Shown here piece by piece: positions 18,408 through 26,862 of a DNA stretch of 64,000 nucleotides. The stretch is from Dehalococcoidia bacterium. Its GTDB lineage: Bacteria > Chloroflexota > Dehalococcoidia > DSTF01 > JACRBR01. The stretch lies in contig JBGQBE010000007.1 in the NCBI GenBank assembly GCA_041494685.1, positions 1 through 64,000 of the forward strand, written 5' to 3'. The translations under genes and the position numbers were made by a program. A model generated the notes under the pieces. That model had not been told where the DNA came from and made no database searches. It saw only the letters and a list, made by a program, of their open reading frames with translations. Positions within the stretch are counted from its first letter, which is position 1, and every line of letters begins with the position of its first letter.

Positions 18408-20501
18408 CTACGGCGGGAACGCGGCCTTCAGCAGCGTGTCGCCGTTGAGGACGTAGATGATGCCGTTGCCCTCGTCCACCGACACCGCGCGCAGGTCCGT
18501 GAACGCCGGGCTGACGATCTGGCGCAGGAACGTGCCCTCCGCCGACGCCACGATCACCCGCTTGTTGCCGCGGTCGGCCACCACCAGCCGGTTCGAGCCG
18601 GGCAGCACCGCCAGCGATGCCGGCGACGTCATCGGCGTATCGATGCCCGCCAGCGGGAACGGCGCCTCGGCCTTGCTCACGAAGCGCCGGATGCCGGTCT
18701 TCGCGTCCAGCACGTAGACGTCTTGCCCCACGGCCAGCTCCGTCGCGTTGCGCAGGTCCACCGTGTCCAGCAGCGCCGTGCGCTCGCTGTCGTAGCCGCT
18801 CTGCCCGGGGAGGTAGCGCCACACCTGGCTCTGCTTCACGTCCAGCACGTACAGGTTGCCGCCGCCGCCCGTGATCGCGTCGATCGTGCCGATGCCGTCG
18901 ATGCCGCGCACCGTCAGCGGCAGCGTGCCGCGGCCCGGGAAGTAGCCGAACGCCTGCCGCTTGTCGTCGATCACCGTCAGGCTGCCCGTCTGCTCCGACC
19001 ACGCGATCTGCACCGGCCGCGACGTCTGGATGACGCCGGCGAAGCCGCCGTCCTGCAGCACCGTCTCCGGCGCCGTCTTGCCGTCCAGAGGCACGCGGAT
19101 GACGCGCTTGCCCTTCGCGTCCAGGAAGTACGCGTCGCCGCCGCCGATCACGCTGCGCGTCACGCTGAGCGAGCCGGTGACGAGCTGCGGCAGGTTCGCC
19201 ACGGTCGTGAAGTCCTTAATCTCGTAGATCGCGTCCAGCACCGCCAGCGCGGACGCCACGTCGGCCTGCAGCCCCGTGACGTCGGTGTTGTCCTTGTGGA
19301 TTTTCGCCGCGTCGGTGAGCTTGGAGCGCGCGTCGGCGAGCAGCTGCCGCTTGATGCCGGCGTCGCCGGTCGCCTGCGCGCGCGCGTTCGCCTCGCGCGC
19401 GCCCGCGACGAGCGCCGTGAACTTGTCTTCGCGGCTCTGCTGCACCGACCCGGGCAGGTACACGTACGCCAGCAGCCCGACGATCGCCAGCGCGAACACA
19501 GCGAAGACCGCCAGCTTCGGCAAACGCAGCTGCGGGATCGCGCCGGCGCCGGTGCTGCGCCGGTAGTGCGGCGTGGCGCTGTCGCCGCGCAGCCGCACGC
19601 CCGTCGCGGGCGGCGGCGCGTTCGACGCGGCGATCTCAGCCACCTGTTCGTGCATCGGGCGCGGCGGCAGCGCGAAGTCTCCCATCGTGCCGGCGGCCAA
19701 CGAGGCCTCGGCGGTCTCCGGGCCGTCTCCGGCGGGCACTCCCACCAGCACACCCAGCGCGGCCGGCGGCGTGTCGTCGAGCGGCGCGGACAGCCCCAGC
19801 GCGTCGCCGGCGCGCGTGAGGAAGTCCGGCGGGCGCTCCGGCTCCGGCTCGAAGCAGGCGAGCAGCACCAGCGCGAACTCCGGGATGTCGCGGCATAGCA
19901 GGTACAGCTCCGGCAGCGCGTCGTCCGCGCCGCGCGCCAGGATGCGCTCGATGTGCGACTCCGGCACCGTGTGCTCCAGCGCGGTCGACGCAGCCAGCAC
20001 CAGGTCGCCGGGGTTGAGCTGGATGCGCGTCAGCCGCGGCTCGAACTCCTCCGCCACGCCGAGGGAGTGCTCGAAGTCCTGCGTCTCCGGCTCGATGCGG
20101 CGCATCGCGCCATCGGCCGAGCGCACCCACGCCACGGCGGGCCCCGCCTGCGCGAGGTAGGCGTCGCCGCCGCGCAGCGCCAAGCAGGTCGCGCCGGCGC
20201 CGACCTGGTGCTCCTTCAGGCTCTTCTGGTTCCAGTCGCGCAGGTGGTCGTGCGCCGCGCGCAGCGAGCGCATCAGCGCGCCCGTCAGCGACAGCGGGTC
20301 GCGGTGATAGAGCTGCGAGACGACGTTGACGAGCTGGGACGTGAACTCGCTGCTCGCCGGCGAGGCGGGCTCGATGAGGATGTACAGCTCATCGGCTTCT
20401 TCGTCGGGCCGCTGGCGGATCAGGGAGCCCAGCCACGGCCCCTCCTCCGCGACGTGGCCGTCCGCCACGCAGAACCGCCCTACCCACGTACGTACGGTCA
20501 T
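18408..20501 (-). CDS. Membrane-anchored protein: degenerate PP2C-like N-domain, TM helix, C-terminal NHL/beta-propeller
   Basis: AYLAQAG, LNPGDLVLAAS recall the PP2C fold; TM LAVFAVFALAIVGLLAYVYL; repeated LYVLD/VYVLD/VVADRGNKRV blades; GGGAGG RBS. Confidence 0.7.
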   Translation of the reverse strand: MTVRTWVGRFCVADGHVAEEGPWLGSLIRQRPDEEADELYILIEPASPASSEFTSQLVNVVSQLYHRDPLSLTGALMRSLRAAHDHLRDWNQKSLKEHQVGAGATCLALRGGDAYLAQAGPAVAWVRSADGAMRRIEPETQDFEHSLGVAEEFEPRLTRIQLNPGDLVLAASTALEHTVPESHIERILARGADDALPELYLLCRDIPEFALVLLACFEPEPERPPDFLTRAGDALGLSAPLDDTPPAALGVLVGVPAGDGPETAEASLAAGTMGDFALPPRPMHEQVAEIAASNAPPPATGVRLRGDSATPHYRRSTGAGAIPQLRLPKLAVFAVFALAIVGLLAYVYLPGSVQQSREDKFTALVAGAREANARAQATGDAGIKRQLLADARSKLTDAAKIHKDNTDVTGLQADVASALAVLDAIYEIKDFTTVANLPQLVTGSLSVTRSVIGGGDAYFLDAKGKRVIRVPLDGKTAPETVLQDGGFAGVIQTSRPVQIAWSEQTGSLTVIDDKRQAFGYFPGRGTLPLTVRGIDGIGTIDAITGGGGNLYVLDVKQSQVWRYLPGQSGYDSERTALLDTVDLRNATELAVGQDVYVLDAKTGIRRFVSKAEAPFPLAGIDTPMTSPASLAVLPGSNRLVVADRGNKRVIVASAEGTFLRQIVSPAFTDLRAVSVDEGNGIIYVLNGDTLLKAAFPP

Positions 20502-20820
20502 GTCCCTCCCTGGACGCCGGCCTCACTGGCAGCACTCGGTGCGCGCAGACCCAGCACAGCGTTCTGCCTTGCAGCGCCCGCGCGGGCGCGACAACGGCAG
20601 GCTGTTGATGGGAGATGAACATCGAGCTGCGTCCGCAGCGGCACCGTGGTTTTCGCACAGTATACGCAGGCTCCGCGCGTCGCGCACGCGCGCACAGCGC
20701 GCAGAGCGCGCGCGTCGATCGTTATGTCCGAAGCGAGAGCACCGCACGGACTCGATGCGTCAGCCGTAAGGGCGGCGGCGCGATTGCGCCTGCGTCCGCC
20801 GCTGGTAGCATGAGCGTCAC

Positions 20821-21717
20821 ATGACGCTCATCCGCCTCTGGTCCGCCGCCCTGCGCCCCGTCTCGTTCACCGCATCGGTGATCCCCGTCCTCGTCGGCAC
20901 CGCGATCGCGGCGCAGGACGAGTTCCACGCGCTGATCTTCGCGCTCGCGCTCCTCGGCTCGATCGCGATCCACGCCGGCACGAACCTTGTCAACGACTAC
21001 TTCGACCATGTCAAGGGTACCGACAACGAGGAGTCGCTCGGACAGAGCGGCGTTATCCAGCGCGGCATGCTGTCCGCGCGCGCGGTGCTGGTCGGCGGCA
21101 TCGTGGCGTTCGCCGTCGGCGCCGCGGTCGGCCTGGTGATCATGTCGATGACGGGATGGCCCGTGCTGGCCCTGGGCATCGCCAGCGTGCTGGCGGGCTA
21201 CTTCTATACCGCGTCGCCATTCTCGTTGGCGTACCGCGGCCTCGGCGAAGTCGTCGTGTTCGTCTTCATGGGGCCGGTGATCGTGCTGGGCTCATACTAC
21301 GTGCAGACGCAGTCGTGGGCGTGGGAACCGTTCATCGCGTCGCTGTCCATCGGCCTGCTCGTCGCCGCGATCCTGCAGGCCAACAACGTGCGCGACATCG
21401 AGAACGACCGCCGCAATCACAAGTGGACGCTCGCCGCGCTGGCCGGCCGTCCCGCTGCCGACTACGAGTTCGCGGTGCTCGTGCTCGGCGCGTACGGCAT
21501 CGTCCTCGCGATGACGATCGCCGGCGCGGCGCCGTGGCCGGCGCTGGCCCCGCTGCTCACGCTGCCGATGGCGCTGCAGCTCGTGCGGCGAGAGGCGCGC
21601 CAACAGTCCGCGCGCGGGCTGAACGTCGTGCTGGCGCAGACCGCGGGGCTGCACATGCTGTTCGGCGGATTGCTGGCGTTCGGGTTCAGCGTGGCGGCGT
21701 GGATCGACGCGGCCTAG
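20821..21717 (+). CDS. menA: 1,4-dihydroxy-2-naphthoate prenyltransferase
   Basis: LRP.SF.AS, NLVNDYFD..KGTD, YRGLGE, ANNVRDIEND motifs. Confidence 0.92.
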   Translation: MTLIRLWSAALRPVSFTASVIPVLVGTAIAAQDEFHALIFALALLGSIAIHAGTNLVNDYFDHVKGTDNEESLGQSGVIQRGMLSARAVLVGGIVAFAVGAAVGLVIMSMTGWPVLALGIASVLAGYFYTASPFSLAYRGLGEVVVFVFMGPVIVLGSYYVQTQSWAWEPFIASLSIGLLVAAILQANNVRDIENDRRNHKWTLAALAGRPAADYEFAVLVLGAYGIVLAMTIAGAAPWPALAPLLTLPMALQLVRREARQQSARGLNVVLAQTAGLHMLFGGLLAFGFSVAAWIDAA

Positions 21718-22352
21718 CGGTGCTCCGGCGGCGCCGCCGCCGCCGGCGGGCGCAGCCGGAACGTGCAACTGCTGTCAGTGCGCAACAGACTCGTCGTCAG
21801 CTTCGTGTCGCAGCCGCTCAGCCGCCGCATGAACTCGACATCGAGCGCGCAGACGGCGCTGTTGCGCTGGGCGACGCTCCAGAACGGGCACGTGTACCTT
21901 TTGATCAGGAACTCACTCCCCGACCAAGATGACTCGGTCACGTCGGCGCGCTCAACGAGGATGCGCGCCGTCTCCTCCGCCCGCTCGGCGGCGGGTCGCC
22001 CTTCCAGCCTGGACATGTACGGGGCAGCGAAGCTGCCGGCGACGTTCTTCATCAGCTTTTGCAGCGAATCCGTGCCCAGCAGGATGCGTGACTCTTCGAT
22101 GAGCGCGGTCGCGAGTTCATCGTATCTCTTGGGAAATACCGCATCGCCCGTGCTCGTCAGGCGATACACCAGCGCGGGCCGGCCGACGTGGCCGCGCTCC
22201 TCGCGCGCTTCGACGAGACCGTCACGCTCGAGTACGGTCAGGTGCTGGCGGATGCCGGTCGAAGTCAAGCCAAGGTGCGGGCCCAGCTCCTTTACCGTCG
22301 CCTGCCCGTGCCTCCGCAGATAGTCGAGAATTTCCTGACGCGTCGCCTGCAA
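21714..22352 (-). CDS. HTH transcriptional regulator, SufR-like (C-terminal Cys triad)
   Basis: TRQEIL...GIRQHL..LERDGLV, GRPALVYRLT, CPF...C...C. Confidence 0.85.
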   Translation of the reverse strand: MQATRQEILDYLRRHGQATVKELGPHLGLTSTGIRQHLTVLERDGLVEAREERGHVGRPALVYRLTSTGDAVFPKRYDELATALIEESRILLGTDSLQKLMKNVAGSFAAPYMSRLEGRPAAERAEETARILVERADVTESSWSGSEFLIKRYTCPFWSVAQRNSAVCALDVEFMRRLSGCDTKLTTSLLRTDSSCTFRLRPPAAAAPPEHR

Positions 22353-22524
22353 CAGTCCCCCGCGATTCCGTACATAGTACCATGTGCTCGCTCACACACA
22401 CTGCCGCTCGGCGCCGGGATGCGTCACGAGTGCCGCATCGCCCAGCACAGCAACTCGGACGCCGATGGCGAGCCGTAGCCCGCCCTGGGAACGCGGACGC
22501 GGCACGTGGTACCGTGGCCGCACC

Positions 22525-22743
22525 ATGTGCCGAAGCATCAAGACACTACGCCGGGACGAAGACACGGCGACGGACGAAGAGATCCGGGCGGCCGCGCTGC
22601 AGTTCGTGCGCAAGGTCAGCGGCTACCGCACACCGTCGCGCCGCAACGCCCCCGCGTTCGACGCGGCGGTCGACGAGGTCAGCTCGGCGTCCCGCCGTCT
22701 GCTCGACGCGCTGAACGCCGTTCATGACGCCGGGAGCCCGTAG
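22525..22743 (+). CDS. DUF2277 family small protein
   Basis: MCRSIKTL...ATDEEIRAAALQFVRKVSG signature. Confidence 0.85.
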   Translation: MCRSIKTLRRDEDTATDEEIRAAALQFVRKVSGYRTPSRRNAPAFDAAVDEVSSASRRLLDALNAVHDAGSP

Positions 22744-24096
22744 TCAGCTGCCCGCGTTGGCGGGCGACGGCGCACGGCGGTACTGGTCGGCGAAGCGGAA
22801 CTGCGGCGCCTGCGTCAGCTGCACGTACGACCCGAAGCGCTCGTCCGTGCCGTCCGCCAGGTCGAGCGGGTCGTAGTGGTCGTCCGGCTCCGGCCCGAAC
22901 TGCCGCGTAATGCCGTACAGCGTGTTGCGCTCGGCCGGGATGCGCCCCATCTCACGGATCAGCTCGCGCATCTCGCGCGGCGCCATCCGCTGGCCGTAGA
23001 TCGCGCCAGCCGACGTGCTGATGCTCTCGTTGATCAGCGTGCCCATGAAGTCGTTGCAGCCGGCGTTCAGCGCCATCTGCGCCAGCTTCGGCCCCTCCTT
23101 CACCCACGACGCCTGCAGGTTCGGGATCCAGTTGTTGAGCATGATGCGTGAGACCGCGTACATCTTCATCACTTCCGCGCCGGTCGCGCCCGGCTTGATG
23201 CGCGGCACCAGCCCCTTGCTGTACATCGGCGACTCCGACGCGATGAAGCTCAGCGGCACGAACTCCGTGAAGCCGCCCGTCTCGCGCTGGATGTCGCGCA
23301 GCAGGCCGACGTGCGCCGCGCGGTGGCGCGTCGTCTCGATGTGGCCGTACATGATCGTCGACGTCGTGCGGATACCCAGGCGGTGCGCCGTCGTCACGAC
23401 GTCAATCCACTGGTCCTTCGTGATACGGCCCGGCGAGATGATGTCGCGGATCTCCTGGTCCAGGATCTCGGCCGACGTGCCCGGCAGGCTGCCGACGCCG
23501 GCGTCCTTCAGCGCCTGAAGGTACTCCTCGATCGAGCAGCGGGCGCGGATGGAGCCGTACAGCACTTCCTCCGGCGAGAAGCCGTGGATGTGCATCTCCG
23601 GCAACTGCTTCTTGATCGCGCGTGTCAGGTCGACGTAGTAGTTGCCGTCCATCTTCGGCGGCAGGCCCGCCTGCACGCAGATCTCGCGCGCGCCCAGGTC
23701 CCACGCCTCCTGCGCCCGCCGCACGACCTCCTCCATCGGCAGGAAGTAGCCCTCCTCCTCGCGGTGGTCGCGGCTGAACGCGCAGAAGCCACAGTGCTTG
23801 ATACAGACGTTCGTGAAGTTGATGTTCCGGTTGATGACGTACGTAACGACCTCGCCCGACGTGCGTCGCCGCAGCTCGTCCGCCGTCAGGATCACCGCGC
23901 TCAACGCCGGCCCCCGCACGTCGAACAGTGCCGTCCCCTCATCGACGCTGATGTCCTCGCCGTCGAGCGCGCGGTCAAGGATGCGCGCCACGTCGCGCTC
24001 CACGGGCAAGGACACGCTGTTCCAGGCCTCCCTGTCGTCCGTCGTCTGCTCGCTGTTGTCTGTGGTCTGCTCTTTGTTCTCGCCCCGCGTCACCAT
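22744..24096 (-). CDS. cofH: FO synthase subunit CofH (radical SAM)
   Basis: NRNINFTNVCIKHCGFCAF, LPGTSAEIL, TSTIMYGH, NLQASWVK, GTLINESIS; follows cofG. Alternative GTG start at 24015. Confidence 0.92.
   Translation of the reverse strand: MVTRGENKEQTTDNSEQTTDDREAWNSVSLPVERDVARILDRALDGEDISVDEGTALFDVRGPALSAVILTADELRRRTSGEVVTYVINRNINFTNVCIKHCGFCAFSRDHREEEGYFLPMEEVVRRAQEAWDLGAREICVQAGLPPKMDGNYYVDLTRAIKKQLPEMHIHGFSPEEVLYGSIRARCSIEEYLQALKDAGVGSLPGTSAEILDQEIRDIISPGRITKDQWIDVVTTAHRLGIRTTSTIMYGHIETTRHRAAHVGLLRDIQRETGGFTEFVPLSFIASESPMYSKGLVPRIKPGATGAEVMKMYAVSRIMLNNWIPNLQASWVKEGPKLAQMALNAGCNDFMGTLINESISTSAGAIYGQRMAPREMRELIREMGRIPAERNTLYGITRQFGPEPDDHYDPLDLADGTDERFGSYVQLTQAPQFRFADQYRRAPSPANAGS
24031..24079. 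repeat. Degenerate heptamer tandem repeat x7 at the cofG/cofH junction
   Basis: cctgtcg tccgtcg tctgctc gctgttg tctgtgg tctgctc tttgttc; same family as 14187-14214. Confidence 0.7.
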
Positions 24097-25304
24097 CGCT
24101 CGTCCTCCCGTCTCACCAGCCCGCTGCTGTCCGCGATCGGGTCGATGACCGCGCGGATCGCATCGGGGACGAAGCCGCGGTAGCCCGCGTCCTCGCGCAC
24201 ATACTCCGGGTACACGCCAAAGCGCTCGCGCAGCTCGAAGCCGGCGTCGGCGCAGGTCTCCTTCAGCTCAGCCAAGTTCGGCCAGGGCCGCTCCGGGTTG
24301 ATGTGGTCCTTCGTCACGGGCGAGATGCCGCCCCAGTCGTTGATGCCGGCCAGCAGGTACATGCCGTGCGCATCCGGCGTCAGGTTCGGCGGCGCCTGGA
24401 TGTTCATCTCCGCGCCCAGCATCAGCCGCGCCGTCGCGATCGTCCGCAGCATCTCGAAGACGCTCGGCTCGTCACGGTGGCGCATCGCGATGTCTTCCTT
24501 CACGCGGAAGTTCTGCACGATCACCTCCTGCACCTGCCGGTGCTCGTCGTGCAGGTCGCGGATCGCGCACAGCGAGTCCACCCGCTCCTCGCGCGTCTCG
24601 CCGATGCCGATCAGGATGCCGGTCGTCCACGCCACTTTCTCCTCGCCGGCGATGCGCATCGTGCGGAGGCGCTCCTCGGGCACCTTGCCGGGGCAGTTCC
24701 AGTGCGCGGCGCCCTTCTCGTGCAGCCGCATCGACACCGTCTCCAGCATCATCCCCATCGACGCGCTGACGTCGCGCAGCGAGACGATCTCGTCGCGCTC
24801 CATCAGCCCCTGGTTGATGTGCGGCTGCAGTCCTGTCTCGCGCAGCACCAGCTCCGCCATCTCGCGCACATACGACGACGTGGTCGCGTGCCCGAAGCGC
24901 GCCAAATCCTCGCGCACGAAGTCGTAGGTCTCCTCCGGCCGCTCGCCGAGCGAGAACAGCGCTTCCTTGCAGCCCTGCCGCTTGCCCGCGCGCGCGACCG
25001 CCAGCACCTCGTCTGGCGACATCGTGTGGGCGATGGGATCGCGCGGGCCGCGCGCGAAGGTGCAGTAGCCGCACTTCTGGCGGCAGAGGTTCGTCAGCGG
25101 GATGAAGACCTTGCGCGAGTACGTGATCGTGCGGCCGTGCGCGCGGTCGCGCAGCTCCGACGCCGCCGCCATCAGCACCGTCAGCTCCGTGGCGTCGACG
25201 CCGATCAGCCGGTAGCCGTCGTCGGCGGTGAGCCGCTCGCCGTCGAGCGCGCGGCGCAGGATCGCGTCGATGTCGTGCGCGGTGCGAGTGCCGGTGCTGA
25301 CCAC
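24090..25304 (-). CDS. cofG: FO synthase subunit CofG (radical SAM)
   Basis: TYSRKVFIPLTNLCRQKCGYCTF, SMGMMLE, QAPPNL, GINDWGGISPVT. Confidence 0.93.
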   Translation of the reverse strand: MVSTGTRTAHDIDAILRRALDGERLTADDGYRLIGVDATELTVLMAAASELRDRAHGRTITYSRKVFIPLTNLCRQKCGYCTFARGPRDPIAHTMSPDEVLAVARAGKRQGCKEALFSLGERPEETYDFVREDLARFGHATTSSYVREMAELVLRETGLQPHINQGLMERDEIVSLRDVSASMGMMLETVSMRLHEKGAAHWNCPGKVPEERLRTMRIAGEEKVAWTTGILIGIGETREERVDSLCAIRDLHDEHRQVQEVIVQNFRVKEDIAMRHRDEPSVFEMLRTIATARLMLGAEMNIQAPPNLTPDAHGMYLLAGINDWGGISPVTKDHINPERPWPNLAELKETCADAGFELRERFGVYPEYVREDAGYRGFVPDAIRAVIDPIADSSGLVRREDERW

Positions 25305-25328
25305 TGACAGTCCTTCAGGCCGCGGGCG

Positions 25329-25377
25329 AAAAAAAATGCCGCGCCGCCGCGCCCCCGCTTGGGAGGCGCCTCGCGGC
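25329..25377 (-). terminator. Intrinsic terminator in the cofG 5' leader
   Basis: Minus strand GCCGCG..GCGCCTCC-caagc-GGGGGCGC..CGCGGC then T8, 24 nt before the cofG start. Confidence 0.7.
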
Positions 25378-25441
25378 CCGGCGACTGGCTCGTACCGCCA
25401 GCAGGTATGACCCGCCAGGTCACTCTTCAGTTCGTGGCACG

Positions 25442-25470
25442 ATCTTAAGTACTGCGTCCGGCCGCGTCAA
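25442..25470 (-). promoter_or_regulatory. Sigma-70 promoter of cofGH
   Basis: TTGACG-N17-TAAGAT on the minus strand. Confidence 0.75.
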
Positions 25471-25535
25471 GCCGACCCCGTGCGGCTCCCGGGGCGCCCG
25501 TTGGTGCCGGCTTCCCGCGCGTGTACCATCGCCGC

Positions 25536-26726
25536 ATGACCGCGACCATCCGCGCCGCCCGCCGCGCCGACCTGCCGGCCATCTACGATCTGCTCGAGTC
25601 CGCCTTCCCGGAGGCCGCTCGCTCGCTCTTCGTCTCCCACACCGAGGACGATTCGACGTTCCGGCTGCGCCACGGCCGGGTCGCCGTGGTCGACGGCGAG
25701 ATCGCCGCATACGTCCGCGTCTTCGCGCGCCGTATGCTCGTGCGCGGCGTGCCTGTGGCCGTGGGCGGCATCGGCTCCGTCGCCACGGCGGCAAGCGCGC
25801 GGAGCGGTGGCCTCGCCACCGCGCTGCTGCGCGACGCCATCAATCAGATGCGGCGCGAAGGCATGGCGCTGTCGTTTCTCTTCACCGGCATCCCCGAATT
25901 CTACGAACGCGTGGGCTTCCGCATCGTGCGCGAGCCGCAGTTCTCGGCGAGCCGGGCCGAGATCCTGGCCGGCGCCACCACGCCGCAATTCGACGTACGC
26001 CCGCTGGTCGAGGCGGATGCGGCGCAGGCGATGCGTATCTACACGCGCGCCATCGCCGGCTCGACCGGCGCCATCGCCCGCACGCGCCGCACCAACGCGG
26101 ACGCGCTGAGCTGGCTCGACGAGACGGCGAACTTTGCGGCCTGCGAGCCTGCCACCGGGCGGATCGTGGGTTACGTGCGCTCACGCTGCCGCGCCTTCGG
26201 CCACCAGGTGCTGGAGGTGGAGACGCTGCCCGGCTACGAGACGGCGGTCGCGGAGCTGCTCGTCGCGGTCGCACGGCGGCCGTGCGCGTGCGGCGATACG
26301 ATCGTCGCCCAGGCGCCATCGGACCATCAGCTCGCCACGGCGTTGCGGACGTTGCCCTCAACCACCGACACGACGGAGGTAGAGCACCCGATGATGGTGC
26401 GCGTGATCTCGCTCGGCCGCCTCGTCGATGCGCTGCTGCCGGGGCTGCGCGCGCGCACCGCCGGCCATCCCGGCCCGGAGTTCCGCCTGCGCCTCACGTC
26501 ACCCGACGGCGACGCCGCGACGGTCGCCGCGCGCGGCCGGTCAGTGTGGCTGAACCACGGCCGCCCCGACTTCTCGTTCGACGCCACAGGCACGCTGGAG
26601 GCGCTGCTCGGCCAGCGCCGCACCAGCCGCGCCGTCCGCCGCCGCCTCGACCCCGCCACGGCGCGCCGCCTCGACGCGCTGCTGCCCGCAACGCCGCTGC
26701 ACTTCTGGAACACCGACCGGATCTAG
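25536..26726 (+). CDS. GNAT acetyltransferase, Eis-like
   Basis: GGIGSVAT...RSGGLATALL, FYERVGF, second GNAT domain and C-terminal SCP2-like region; TACCAT 6 nt before ATG. Confidence 0.85.
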   Translation: MTATIRAARRADLPAIYDLLESAFPEAARSLFVSHTEDDSTFRLRHGRVAVVDGEIAAYVRVFARRMLVRGVPVAVGGIGSVATAASARSGGLATALLRDAINQMRREGMALSFLFTGIPEFYERVGFRIVREPQFSASRAEILAGATTPQFDVRPLVEADAAQAMRIYTRAIAGSTGAIARTRRTNADALSWLDETANFAACEPATGRIVGYVRSRCRAFGHQVLEVETLPGYETAVAELLVAVARRPCACGDTIVAQAPSDHQLATALRTLPSTTDTTEVEHPMMVRVISLGRLVDALLPGLRARTAGHPGPEFRLRLTSPDGDAATVAARGRSVWLNHGRPDFSFDATGTLEALLGQRRTSRAVRRRLDPATARRLDALLPATPLHFWNTDRI

Positions 26727-26862
26727 CACCGTCGTCGCGCCGCGCTCGCGGCACCCGATTGCTCGCTCGATGTCCCGTTTGCGCAGAGGGATGCCGGTAG
26801 CCGCTGCACATTCGGCACCGTACACTGCCCGAAGTTGGGATTACCTGAACTGGAGCGATCCG

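Noticed and set aside
22744..24096. MqnC/MqnE (futalosine pathway) instead of CofH
   Set aside because: Adjacency to a clear cofG, the QASWVK motif and the presence of menA favour CofH.
25395..25435. CTGAAGA in the cofG leader as a hammerhead ribozyme core
   Set aside because: No GAAA follows the candidate stem II.
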